A DNA stretch of 64,000 bases from Callorhinchus milii (taxonomy: Eukaryota), in the NCBI RefSeq assembly GCF_018977255.1, contig NW_024704742.1:3722001-3786000 (forward strand). Reading direction: 5' to 3'. Position 1 is the stretch's first letter. Each line of letters opens with the position of its first letter. The translations under genes were made by a program, and so were the position numbers. The notes below the pieces were generated by a model. It saw nothing but the letters and a program-made list of their open reading frames with translations, did no database searches and was not told where the DNA came from. Below, piece by piece: positions 14,150 to 27,519 of the stretch.

Positions 14150-14301
14150 CTCTGTAGGTTCATTTTCAAGGAACCTGTGCAAGCTTTGATCTTGTTCTGT
14201 GCCTCCAGATGCGTCATTCCCTCAGTGCTGATTCCATCAATGGATTGAACTATATCTCCTACTACGATGCTCGCCGTTGCTGCTTTGCCGCCTTCAGACA
14301 A
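14150..14301 (-). CDS. PDLIM5: PDLIM5 second coding exon (rest of the PDZ domain)
   Basis: 152-nt exon encoding LSEGGKAATASIVVGDIVQSIDGISTEGMTHLEAQNKIKACTGSLKMNLQ(R). Acceptor is tttttttttcctccccag| and donor is AG|GTAAGC. It continues in frame from the previous exon, and the GGKAA and CTGSLxMxLQR residues are PDLIM5-type. Confidence 0.96.
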
Positions 14302-14457
14302 CTGGGGAGGAAAAAAAAACACATCGGACTTAAAATTACTTAGCGTTAAAGTCAAAGCTGATGGATGCCGGAGCCAAAGCAAGTGGTTATCACACAAGTA
14401 CTCCCCCCCCCCCCCCACCTTACAAGGTTGTTTGCGGCTCGTTGAAATTTCACAACA

Positions 14458-14640
14458 TAATAAGAATAATAATCCTTGCATTGATACAGCGCCTTATCAC
14501 GTCTTCGAGCGTCCTCAAAGCGCTTCACAAAATATACCGTAAAGTGAATCGACTGTATAATTTGTGGGCGAAACGCGACAGTCAATTGCGCACAGCAGCG
14601 TCCCACAAACAGTCGTGGATTGAGTACCAATATTATTATT
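14458..14640 (-). mobile_element. SINE family A, 5'-truncated
   Basis: Tail and 3' body only; lies ~160 nt upstream of the exon 3 acceptor. Confidence 0.88.
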
Positions 14641-17139
14641 ATATCCGATTGCAGGCAAATAAAATGCAAACGCTTCCTCAGTTATGCTACTGAAAATGCG
14701 CGTCACTACTGAACACGACACAACAAAAGGTAAGAGAGAACGGTATCCAGTGTGATCTCCACAATATTGGTAACTCGCGGACAGAGTTTACGACTCTCTT
14801 GGCTTCAGCCCGACGATAACATGAAAGGTCGACCCCCATCCAAGTCGCTTCCTCGCGCAACATGGCATTTCTTCCGCAGTTAAGAAGAAATCTGGCAACA
14901 AATAATGGCATTGCCCAATTGTTACAAAAAAAGCCCTCCCCAAAAAGACACTGGAGCAGGAAAGTGCTGCCTTTCCTAAGTGAAAGCAGGCGAAAGATGC
15001 CAGAACACAGGGGTCAAAGCACGAGCGCTCTTAAGTTTCTGTAATACGCACAGGAGCAAACGTGTGTCCACTAAGGTGAGCAAATTACCGACCATTAAGA
15101 GCGTAACAGACAGCGCATCAAAACTGCTGGGTCAATTTGTCAGGAACTTGGTTCCTGTCCTCCACGTAGAGTTGAAAGGAATATTGCGCACCTTCCCTAG
15201 GATATACTTTGAATGCATCAGACAGAAGACTCAATTAGCTTTACAACTGCACCGGTGGGAATGATTCACAAGTCATGCTTGTAAAAGGCAAAGCCATAAA
15301 CCTGCCTCGCCTTTAGTTCCCGGCAGGTTTGGTTCTGCTTAAGATATTCTGGAAGCTTTCACTCATGCAAGGAGATCGAACCACTGTATCATCTGTCAGT
15401 ATTCCATCACGTCACAACGTGACACTAAAGCCAAGCAGACACTGCCTCATCGCCAAAGCAGATTTAAACACATTGTATAATAGTGACAAGATACCGACTT
15501 ACTTATCGTTCAAAACGGGTTTCAGAAAAGTAAATTGTTTGTTCTCGTTTCCCAGCCATACCCGAGGACGAAAGATCTGAATCTCACAGAATCAGGTCAA
15601 AGTCAGACACGCAAAGGAGATGTTAGAAATATTTTGCTCCCAGAAGACCCGATTCCTTCTAATTAATAGGACGAAAGACTCGCAGACTGAATACCGCAAG
15701 CTGAAACTGTTAACAAAAATATTCAGTAGGGAATTTAAAAGATTTGTGACAGGTTACGGATAGAAAGGATTACATTCGATTTGCGAAAACAAGAATGTAA
15801 AACGATCAAAGCGGCAGAAAGGACTTGAAATGATTTCGACTACTGCGTGTAAAAAAGAAACAACTTGCCTCAGTTTAATCTTGGGAGGTTTGTGAAATTT
15901 ATAGGCAAATGCCATCTACTGCACTGCATTTGATCACCTGAAAAGACCAACAATTGACCAGCCTGTAGTAAAATTAACTAACATAAATGAGCAATCGTTC
16001 AAAGGCAAAATGCTACAAGTGGGAAGGACAAATCCGAATCCAGGAAATGCCTTGGTCGATTATGATCAAGGCTCTGATCAAATATTTAGACGATTGCTTG
16101 GGAAAATGTTCACGATTTAAAAAAAAACCCTCCCACTTAATTTTACAACGTTCTCAAGCGCGTGGGCGAACGCTGACGGAACGCGGTGGGGCAAACGTGC
16201 GGTTATCGCGCAGATGAATGTAGAATGCGCACGTCTGTTTAGCCTCGGAAAAGGCTACCCCCTGAAGCCCTCACAAAGGCCCTCTCATCATCAAATAAAC
16301 GAGCGCTCTGAGACGCCGTCCGGCATGGAGGGCGCTATATAAATCCAAGTTGTTGTTGTTGGAGTGCACAAAGTTCTGCTGTTGAACAGCTCAGTCTTCA
16401 GTCCTGCAGGAGCAAGGCAGGTTGAGGGCATTCAGATCAGACGCTCAAGGTGAATGCAACTGATTCACGCAGATAGCGACTTATTAAACTTGCGTGAATA
16501 ATAATAACAATAATCCTTACATGGTCGGGGGGGTGGGGGTGGAGAATGGAGCAGGAGAGAGAAAAAGATTAGGAAGAAAGAGAAGAGGGCGAGAATGGGG
16601 GGGGCGAGAAAATGCCAACTTCTTTTTTTACTGAAGCCAATTCCAGATATGCACGTAACAAGCCAATAATTGCTTTTAAATAACATGAACTCCAATGGCT
16701 TTCAAACGTAGGGTCAAAGGCAAGTTTGCCATCAGCAGAAACTAAATGTCAACTGATCCTGACACCACCACATGGTAACTGAAGTCAGACGTACTGAATC
16801 ACCTGATAAGTTTATGTGCAGTGGGGAAATGGGAGGGTTTGTGATGGTGGTTGCTTTACGTCTATGACGAGCCACTGAGCTGCAGGGCTCCATGGTCGCT
16901 TTAACCCGTGTCGTTTCACCGCACGCGTCTCTCAACAGCACCAATACCTCCGCGATGTTCCACAGAATTTATCAAGTCTCTCGGCAGTATTGTCAAACGC
17001 CCGCAATTCTTGCAAATTATTTCTGTTGGCCCAGGTAATCACCATCAAAAGTAGCAGCTATTTTTGGAGGCAAACACAAAAGGCAGACACTTTTACACAC
17101 ACACACACACACACACAGACACCAAGAAGTGAATCCCCA

Positions 17140-17390
17140 AATTTATCTGGGGAATTGTCAAGCCAGGACACCAGAAAAGACTCCCTTCTCAGTTTGAATA
17201 GTGTCGTGGGATCTTTAGCTTCCAGCTGAACAAGCAGACGTGGTTTAATATCCAAAGGACAATGCATCTGACATTGCAACCATCATCCAGTACGTCATTG
17301 GAGTGTCAGCTTCGACTGTGAATTCAAGTCCCTCTTTGGGACGACAACCTTCGGACCCAGATGTGAGACGAACGACTGAGCCAAGCTGAC
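17140..17390 (-). mobile_element. SINE family B, 5' two-thirds
   Basis: Deu-like domain and head on minus. Confidence 0.7.
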
Positions 17391-17937
17391 ACACCACATT
17401 CCCGTAGCTTTGCTTTATATTCACCTTTTATATTAAAAAAAATTGTTGTGCTTTTTCTTACCAATACGATGCATGTAACTGCAGGTAATGATGGCGAAAG
17501 AGTGAAGGGAGACTAGAGGTACCCTTCAAAGTGCCATATCGTAGACACAGGAATGCAGTAAGTCGTATCAGTTGGGATCATGCATTTGATGTGACTTACG
17601 CAAAGTATGAGTTGTGTGAAACCTGCATAAGTTATAGAAAATTCAACGGGGCTTGGGCAGATGTATGTCTTAGATTATATGATTTATATAGATCAGACTT
17701 ATGTGAGATTTACTATACATATATATATTATATATAGGTTGCATAAAAGCCTTTCTTAGTGAAATGTTCCAATTAAGCAAGTCAAACAGTTCAGGGAGAC
17801 AAACAGTAGCTTTTTACCTCATTGACTAAGACAGGGGTAAAGTCATCAGTGGAGTGTACTTGGTTTCAGAGATCACCCTTTTAGTGTGAGGTTGCCATCA
17901 CATTTTTCCTTCTTCACCTAAAAATACGCAGCCTTTC

Positions 17938-18265
17938 AACAACACAACATTACATGTGTATGGCACCTTTCACGTCGGGAGGAGGTCCCCAGGCCCTGGA
18001 CAATCAGTGTTTCGGACCCGAGCTGCGGGTTGGGATCGGGGAGGGAAGGAGGGTGATCGAAGGCACGGTCGAAGAGAAGGGCCTTGAAGGAGGCAAGGGA
18101 TTGGCGAGGTGGAGGGACTACGAGGTGGAGTTCCAGAGGGTGGGGGCAATGGTGGGGCAGGTGAAGTGGGGGACGTGAAGCAGGTCAGAGCCCGTTGAGC
18201 CAAAGGGAGCGGGCAGGTTGGTAGGGAGTTAGGAGGTCGCGGAGCTAGAGGGGAGCGAGGCCGTG
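17938..18265 (-). mobile_element. L2-clade LINE 3' fragment
   Basis: Shows the APTLWNS-type ORF2 end and a 3' tail ...cctcctcccgacgtgaaaggtgccatacacatgtaatgttgtgtt. Homologous to 47575-47820 and 60285-60420. Confidence 0.75.
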
Positions 18266-20398
18266 AAACTTCCAGAAATAGTTAACATTTCGGGATTTCC
18301 CAAAGGTTACTTATTAAATATCAATCTCTAACCAATGCAGCCTCAAAACTATTGTGAAACCGGTCACCCTGTTAACTAACACAAAAAACATTCACGAAAC
18401 TTTTTTTGCGAATGTTTTTTGCATCAGTTAACAGAGTGTCCATTTTCGCCGTGATTTGTTGCACATTTGGGAGGAATTAGCTCATAAAGCTCTGTTAAAA
18501 TTGCTGTAGCACTTATCTTTGGAAGTTTCCCATCAGTAATTTGGAAATAGGTTAAGAGGCAGGTTTAATGGCCGGTAAAATTGACTGATCAGCAATGAAA
18601 ACAGCCACCAGAGAGAGAGAGAAAGAGAGAGAGACTGAACTCTCAAAGCTTGAGGGTCAAACCAGAAACCAAACAAGCCTGTTAAAATCATTACTAACTG
18701 AGACACGCTGCAATTCTAACACGTTCAGCACACTGCAGTATCTCACACTCTAATTATAGTGTCAAAAGGAGGATGGGCACTTGCTTTGAGCCTACAAAAC
18801 CTATCCAAATTAGCACCAGTGTAAACCAGATCCACTTCAGAAAAGGTCACGGATAGGAATCCACACACTAATTGCTAATAAACCTACAATGCGTATTCAT
18901 TCTTCCCACGTCCCACAAACAGCCATTAAGTGACCACCCCCAAACCGCCCAAATCTATTCTCCTTTAGAAATGTTTATTGCTTAACTGCATTCAATACTG
19001 TACCCCACAGTTTCCAGACTCTTTCCCTATCTTTCCTTCCCCCCCTCTCTCTCTCTCTCTTTCCCCCACCCTCCTTATTTCTCTTCGTCAGGAAACACTT
19101 CACTGTCCACACAGTAATCTTGGGCTGAATGGTCACAGGTGCCATGCATCAAAAACAAACAGGTCTTAACTCAAACACTTGGTCAGAACTTCCTTACATT
19201 GGTAAAAAAAAACCCAGTCAAAACAGAAATTCCTCGGGCTGCTTTAAAAGATTCCCATTTCAACAGCAACAGCCCACAACATCACGCAGTACATTTTAAC
19301 AAACTTTTAACAAATCCGCCGGTTGCTCGAGACTGCCACTCACGATTGGAAATGAAACAGCGAAAGCTATGATCAAAAATGGTAGCTGGATTGGGCCCAG
19401 CACCCACCACTATTAAATGAATGTGCCCGCCTCAAATAAAATGGAAGAGAAAATGAGGAATTTATTAATAATAATCCTTACATTTGGTATAGCGCTGAAA
19501 CACTATATAAAGCGCTTGACGAGATACACTGTAAAGTGCAGTCACTGTGTATTCTATGGGTAGCCTATTCACACACAGCAACGTCCCACAAACAGCCACG
19601 AAGTGAATGACCAATTTTATTGTTTTGCATACTATTTAATACTGTGCCAACAGAAAACCTCTGAGAAATCTCGTCACCTTTCCAAACCTTGGACCAAAGT
19701 GGCATCACTTTGAGCGCAACAGCAGTCCGTTCTCTGCTTCCCTCTGCTATGCACAATCCATAGTCAAGAGGAAAGTGTGCAGAGCAACTCACAGGTCCAC
19801 AGTTGCCAACAATTGCTATCAGTAAGTGTACGAGATGGATACAACTTTCTTTCCTCCTTCCTTAATCACCCCACCCTCCCCTCACCAAACCCCACTCTTC
19901 TGCCCCCCATTAGAGGGGGAGTAAGGCTTTCACCCCTACTCTTTTCCCCCTCCCTGCCCTTCGCAAACTGTTACAATCCAAAGACCCATAGAGACGTTCG
20001 ACTGACAAGGTTCCCGATGATTTAGGGGAAACAGGATGCACTGGGTTGTGGGATCTGACAGACGCTTGGGGTCTTAAGTCCCAAACTGTGCTCACTGCAC
20101 CGATCGGTCTCCGGCAGAGCAACATTTGTCACAGTTGGCCTCTGGATTAGAGGTGGCGGAGAAGGGAGTGGAAAATTTCAGCCAGGATTCCCACTCCTCG
20201 TCTAGAAATGTCCCCCCTGCCCTCCCCCGCGCCCCACACCAACCACTGGAGAAGATGAGTTGCAATGGCAAATTTCATCTGCAGTGAAGTAACAGTCTGC
20301 CAACATTCCCAGTCAAGGCTCACAAGGTTAGTCAGGATGAAGAAGGCCTTTTGATCTCAACCCTCCAGAACACCCACCTAATGGCCATCACAGCATCA

Positions 20399-20710
20399 AG
20401 TCCTGTAGCTCAGTGGTGAGAGCTCGCCTCGCAAGCGAGAGACCTGGGTTCAGTTCCCGGCCAGGGTGAAAAGTTGGGCGAGTTTCCTTACTCCACACGC
20501 CTGATAATAATCCCTCAAGAAAAAAAAATAATAATTTGGTCACTCAACCCACGGCTGTCTGTGGGACGCTGCTGTGCGCAATTGGCTGCCGCGTTTCGCC
20601 CACAAATATACAGTCAATTCACTTTATAGTATATTCCGTGAAGTGCTTTGAGACGTCGAGAAGATGTGATAAGGCGCTATATCAAATGCAAGAATGATTA
20701 TTATTATTAT
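20399..20710 (+). mobile_element. SINE family A, internal-deletion subfamily A2
   Basis: Junction cacgcct|gataataatccctcaagaaaaaa is shared with 46089-46390. Confidence 0.92.
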
Positions 20711-23700
20711 CAAGCTGCTTTTAAAATGAGTCCAGTGTCTTGGCCTCTATCGCCCTTCCTGACAACCTGTCCTAGTTAATTACCATCTAGGTGTAAAGAA
20801 CAATTTCCTGGTATTTGTCCTTAAATCGCCCTTCACAACTCTGAACCTATTTCCCTTTTTCTAACTCATATACAAATGGAAGCATATGTAAGTAGCAGAG
20901 AGCCCCAGGAGAGGAGAAGAAAAAAGGAAGTTAATTGTCCTCAATAGAAGGAAGGGAAGTAAAAGGCCAAGAAAAATAATTAATTGGAAATGTAGGCAAT
21001 TAAAATTAACCGAGTGGTGGGTGTGCTCTCAGTGAATTGAATGGCGGATAGATTTAAACATGGGCTGTACAAACCAAGGAAAGAAAAGGGAGGAATGTCA
21101 TCATTGACGACATTCCTCGGAGCTGACAGTGTCTGAGCTGATACTGTATCAGGCAACAGTTCCGAGAGGGAACTTAAAAAAAAACCAAACCACACACTTT
21201 TCTGGGCTTTCAGACAAAATGTTGTGAACTTTCCAGCGTCCGAAGGCAATGAGAGTGCTCGACATTACGGGGCTGGGAGTTCCCAATAGAGCAGATAAGC
21301 TTATGAGAAACGTTGCTATTTTAAGCTGGAGAACAACTTAAAAGGAATTTTCCACAAATTGTTATACTCTTGAGAATGTGCCAGATCCATAATCATGCAG
21401 CAATTATTGTACTGAGAATGCTATTTGTGAATTGCGATGTAATTTCTACATGAAATCCAATCGGTCTATCAGGAAACGGGATTCTGTGTGAATCCCAATA
21501 TGGAGATGGCGCTTTTGTCAGGCTCACTCTCCAAAAGGAATCCTATTTCTCATCCTGTTGCTGGTTTTCATGTGTCCTGAACATACCAGGCCTGCCCATG
21601 TGGAGAACTCCTCTGGATGGAGTAGCTGCAAAAGGTAAGCTAACTAGCAATTGATATCTACCTTGCATTTCATATAGCAACTATAACGCTGTTTACTTGG
21701 GACAGGATGACATCAAGCGCTCCGAGACACCGTCTGGCGTGGAGGGCGCTCTATGAATGCAAATTGTTGTAGTAATGTTCAAGCATCTCAAGGCACTTCA
21801 CAGGTAATTGTTTTCTAGTGTACTTTGCGGCTAACGTGGCAGCAATTTCATGCACAACTGCAATGAAGCGAACGACCGATTCATCTGGGCGATTGCTGGG
21901 CAGCAAACCAGAGCAACTCCCCTTTCTTTTCAAATCGTGTCACGAGATCTTTAATGTGCAGCCGAATTTAATGTGCCTCTGAATAGCAGCGCCCCTGAAA
22001 ACACAGAGCTCCCTGAGTACTGCCCCAGATTGTGAACTCACGTCCAGACACGGGACTCCAGCCCACAAACCTCCTGAAGCAGAGGCAAAGAGTGTTGCCA
22101 ACTGAACCAGGCTGAGGGTGTACAAGCTATACAGAGAGTTAAAGAGTTTACTGCCTGTATAATTCTGTATAATTTAATAATCCTTACATTTGGTATAGCG
22201 CCTTTCACATCTGGAGGACGTCATAGGATATACTGTAGAACGGAGTGCACCTTGAGGGAAAACTCGCACATACCAGTGCTCTAAATATGAACTCGGGAGA
22301 TCCATTTCACGGCTACAAATCATTGACATGTGATACGGTGACAGGTGGACAAATTAGATAGCTAAATTAAGTAAGGTTTAAAAGCTCTCTCCATCTCCCA
22401 AGTAAACAAGCAGATGATCAAGTGAAGCTTGGAAACAAACAGCCTGTGGGAGAATTCTCTGGAGCATTCGGTTCAGTAATTGTGCCACTGAAGCCAACGA
22501 TACAGAACAGAAACAGGTGAAAACTCCAGACCATTAAAAACAGAAATGAAAAAGGTTTGTATTATACAGGAGCGGTCAGGTTAGAAACGCTGCTCATCAG
22601 GACCAGGTTTGGTAAACGAGCGATGTTTAATGGCGACGTATGACAATAATGATCCAATCCCACCAATGTTCAAGTGCCTCTATAGCCCCGCCCGTTCCTC
22701 GGTTTATAACCTCCGACACACTACCACCCTAGCACTCCCTGTGCTCAGGTCACAGCATCCTATTTCATGTCACCTACCCGGTTGCAAATGGTCATTCACT
22801 TCGGAGCGTAAACTGGCTGCCATGTTTGTCCATCAAATACATAGTCAGTGCACTTCACATTACATCCCGTAAAACACGTTGGGATGTCCTCCCAACATGA
22901 AAGGTACTAGACCAAATTTAAGGATTACTGTTGGTATTATTCTCTCTTCCCTCCGCCCCCAAGCTTGGGTTCCCAATCAGCTGCGCGAAGCCCTTTGAGA
23001 CGTTCCTTCTGACACGAAAGGTACTCTACAAAGGTAAACTGTTTTTTGTTGTTGACAATGAATAAGTTCAAAAGGTTTGTTAAAATTTTGTTTCTATGTT
23101 GGTTACCGAAAATACTTCGAAGGGAGGGAAGAGAGAGCAAAGAACAGAATCATGCAAACTGCTCTGCCAAGGCCTACCTTAGTCCTACTGCAAAGGAGTT
23201 CAACTGCAGGAGACATCATAAGACGCCATTTAATGCAAAGAACGCATAAAAAGAGAAAGTGACAAAAAAAAATCTAAAATTCTGCATCACTTAATAAATA
23301 GGGATCTTTTCTGTAAAGAGATAAAATCGCTGCAGTGGTTTGAAGATTGATATCTACCAGAATGGCAAAAGTAAGTTTGGTTTGGAAACTCTTAAGCAAC
23401 GGCGATGGGTTTCTGCATGTGTCAAGACACTCGGCTGACCAAAAAAAATTTGCCTTTCTGCCGTGTACAGCTCAGTGGATTGATCTGCTGAATTTCCAGT
23501 ATTGTTTCTGCAATAAAAAGGCTGCTCAGTCAATAGACCAAATAATGTTCCTCGAATAGCACTACGGGGTGGGGGAGGGAAAAGCAAGGAGGAGAGAGAA
23601 AGTGTGGGAAGAGGACAAAGAGCCTTCAAAATCCAAATAGCACGAGCAACGTAGCTGCTATCCAATTAGCAAATTCCAAGAAAAATCAAATGTGCACATT

Positions 23701-24121
23701 AATAGCTTTCACTCCGAGCCTTTGCCAGGCGTTCCCTGCTTTCGTGTTATTTTAAAACTAATGCAAATGTTTGAAAATACTGTGTAAATAGAACGTCCCC
23801 AAAATGGCAATGATTTTGCCCGAGTCCGCAGAGTGGCCCGTGCACAGACGCATTAAGTTAATATCTTTGCAAAATAGGTTCATAAAGGGCTCATTTATTG
23901 ATTCCATTAAAAACAAACGCGGAACGGGTCTCAAATTCCATGGATTGGGTTTCTTTTAAATAAAAAAAACGAGACCGAGTTATGCAACTGCAGTGGCATG
24001 GCAGGTCTAAGCCCTGCTCAGGGAGCACAGTGTGCTGTGTTTCCAAATACCAAATCATAAAGAGTGGTACATCCAGCAAATTCACCACATTCCCTAAACC
24101 CACTGTGCCTAAAACCCTGCA

Positions 24122-24157
<36 letters not shown>

Positions 24158-25369
24158 CCTCCTCCCGACCACTCATTGATGCATTTAACAGTGGTCTTAA
24201 ATATTATAATCGAAAAACAGCTGTAATTCAACCACATCTGACCTAATTGCAGTACAGAACTCTGCCATAACATGAGGGATAGGTCACGGACCTAATTAGA
24301 AATACACAATCACTAAACTTCACCGTAAAACTCTATGAAGCTGTTTGAGATGTCGCGATGGCGTAATAAGGCGCTATAACAAATGCAAGGATTAATTATT
24401 ATTTTACTAACTACACAAACTGGTCTCCTGGCCCTGCTAATGCGTTCAGGAAAGCAGGTCTGGCGGCTGAGATCATTCTCTAGAGCAATTCTACTGCTAG
24501 AAAACACTTGTGAACTTGGTCAGGGCTGACCAGAGGCAGGAAAGCTGGTCAGCACCAAAAGGGATATCGACCTAAAGCAAATCCAGTGACTGTTTTTATC
24601 TTACAGGCGGAGCAAAATTTTATAGACCACAACACCAAGCCGGACTGTAACAAAGAACAGGCTTCGGGAAAGCCTAGTCAGCTAATACCATTACCTTCTT
24701 GGCTGAGGCGTTCAATCTTGCAATAAAACTCTAAAATCCTAAAATAAACTTGTAATAAAAAAAAATCCCAGGTCGTTCGCTCACAGCAAATATTGGAACA
24801 ATTAGTTTGTGTACCGGGGCTCGCCACAGCAGGTCTTTCAATATAATAATAATCCTTACATCTGGTACAGTGCCTTTTATGTCAGGAAGATGTCCCAAAG
24901 TGCTTCAAAGGATTTAGTGTAAAGCGGAGTAGCTGTGTGTTTTGTGAGCAAACATCATCACATCAAAACCACTTCAGCAGATCTTCAAATCTTAGCAATC
25001 AGAAATGTCTGAGCGATCAGACCCTGCGGTCTCGCTCTAAATCTAGCACAGCATTCCCATTTTAACACAGCACATCTGCAGTCCAGTGGTGGTGCAGACA
25101 GACGTGCAGAGACCACCCAGATAGATACACTAAGCCGGACCTTTCGAGAAGTTCAATTGGCAGGGACATGTTTGGTCAGCTCTAAGCAAACCATCTACAA
25201 AAACAGTGGACTCGGTTCTGTTCCCTCCCATCCAGCAGCTGCAGTACGAAAAGTAGCTGGCAAAAACTAACAGACATTCGTTTAATACAGGCACTTTCAC
25301 TTATTGATGCTAGTCATGTTGTGCTGGTGTTCACATTTCCAAAGGTAATTACAGTATTTCCACATTGAT

Positions 25370-25760
25370 TCTCAAAGCGCTTTACAGCATTTGCTGTAAA
25401 TTGTACCGACCATGTATTTTGTAGGCGAACACAACAGCCAATTTGCATATAGAAATATCCTACAAGCAGCCATGACCTGAATGACCAATGTTATGTGGGG
25501 GGATTGCTAACCAGGACACCGGGAAAATCTCCCTTCACTTTTCATACAATGCCATGGGATCCTTAACGTCCGCCTGAACAGGCAGACTGGACCTTGGATA
25601 AGCATCTCATCTAATGACAGCACCTAGAACAATGCAGCACAACCTCAGCCCTGCACCAGAATGTCAACCTCGACGATACCAGTTAAATATCCTGTCGTGG
25701 GATTTGAACCCACAACCTTCTGACTCGGAGGTGAGAGTTCTACCGACTGAACCAGGCTGA
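25370..25760 (-). mobile_element. SINE family B, near full length
   Basis: Head cagcctggttcagtcggtagaactctcacctccgagtcagaaggttgtgggttcaaatccc, then the Deu-like domain and tail. Confidence 0.83.
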
Positions 25761-25818
25761 CGCACTGCTTCTTCGCGCAGGATGCTCCCGGTATGGGAAA
25801 CCATCTTTGTAAAGCTTC

Positions 25819-25913
25819 AATCTACGTGAAGGTGTTTGGTATGGGAACAATCTGTGTGAAGGTGTTTGGTATGGGAACAATCTAATGTGAAGGTGTTTAG
25901 TAATGGGAACAAT
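25819..25913. repeat. ~30-bp tandem repeat, 3 copies
   Basis: aatctnngtgaaggtgtttggtatgggaac x3. Confidence 0.9.
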
Positions 25914-26793
25914 TGGCCGTGTCCTGAGGGATGACCATTTATTCATTGAATGTGGGAACAGACAACGGCTGCTTTCAGCAGAGGTGTCAACCGCGCATTT
26001 GGTGAAAAACACATTGCAAAAGCAATAGCAAACAACAGCCCCCAGGAATGACAGGCTGCTCAGCACCGATTTCCTACTGGGTTGTAACGGGTAACATGAC
26101 CTGAAAGGTTCCAGTTATGAGTCGATTGTTAGTGGTTTCAGTGTGTGAATGGCAGACTTGTTCGGTGCTGTACACGAAATCCCTGGAGCACACAAAACGG
26201 AGCCATTCCAGTCATTTAAGTGCAAACACTCTCGCCTTGTCCAGGCAAATGGATGATCGAGACCCACTGCCACTCATGTGGCACAGGAGCCAGAAGTCAT
26301 TTCTAGTCTGGACAAAGCAAATATAGCGATGGGTTTGGCTCATGTCTGTCGTCACCCTTTCAAAGAAACGTTTTTATTTTTATTTTTTTGGGGGAAAAAA
26401 AAGGAATTTCACAATAAATTCAATAAATAACTCAAAAGAAAAAAAAACACACACACACCCCCCAACATACTTTAAATGGTTGTGAAAATCTGCCTCAATT
26501 CCACTCATTCCCGTTGAGGTAATGCTTTACAAGCGAGCAGATAAATAACTTGGATCTCGCCAATTGGATCGCATTCCATCTGCACGGCAATGCACCGTGC
26601 AGTTAGTCAGTGCCCTTATACGGAGTTTCTTGGAAACTTCTCGCTCGTTGCAGTTACACTGCAGTTGACAAAGCGAGGTATTGGAGGTCTGATCTCGTAG
26701 GCGGATCTCAAGTAACCCCCGTGTTAACGCACGGTCGAAGACGCTGCAGATTTGTCACTGGCGCAATGAGATTGGAGTTGACTTGCTTTACAG

Positions 26794-26947
26794 CAGCAGT
26801 AGCCAACCTTTTCGGTCAGCCAACAAAATTCATTTTCTTGATTGAGTGTTTTTTTTCATTTCTTCGTAGCTATTGGGAACAAGGCATTGATTCGGAACGG
26901 ACTCGCCTGGCCTAGTGCAAATGTTGGGCATGGGTTGGCTATCGCTG
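26794..26947. mobile_element. 154-bp non-autonomous hAT-type MITE
   Basis: 15-bp TIRs cagcagtagccaacc / ggttggctatcgctg, with a perfect 8-bp TSD ctttacag (26786-26793 and 26948-26955). Confidence 0.88.
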
Positions 26948-27519
26948 CTTTACAGTAATTGCAAATAGGCTCAGTAGTCAGTTTGCATACAGCAAACATC
27001 CAGGAGATGAATAACCAATATATACAAAACCTGTGGCATAAGCGATCTATGAGAAAGCTGCCACATCTGGAACCCTACATTCTGCGGATGAGATATTACA
27101 ATAATATTTACATTTGATCACAGAGCCTCATCACGACTTCTCAAAGCGCTTCGCGGGATTTTCTGTAAAACGTAGTGACTGTCTATTTTGGAGGCGAACA
27201 CAGCAGCAACCAGCAGTCAATTTTCTCACTATCTTGCACAAACAGCCGTGAAGTGCGTGATCAATTTTATCCGGGGTATTTTTGGCCAGGACACCGGGAG
27301 AAACCTTTTCTTTTCAAATAGCGCCATGGGAATCGGTGGCCTAAGGAATGTTCAAAGAGATAGGATTTGGGATGAGATTCAACACGGAAAGAAAAGGGAC
27401 TACTGTATAGCCCTACAAATAGGGCACCAGCTCTAATGCAGCACTGCGGTGTTGATATGAGCCTGGGAGCAATCCAGCAAAGGGTTTCTTTGTATGGTAT
27501 CGCAAGCACAGAATAAATC

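Noticed and set aside
25819..25913. CRISPR-like array
   Set aside because: Head-to-tail repeats without unique spacers, in vertebrate DNA with no cas genes.
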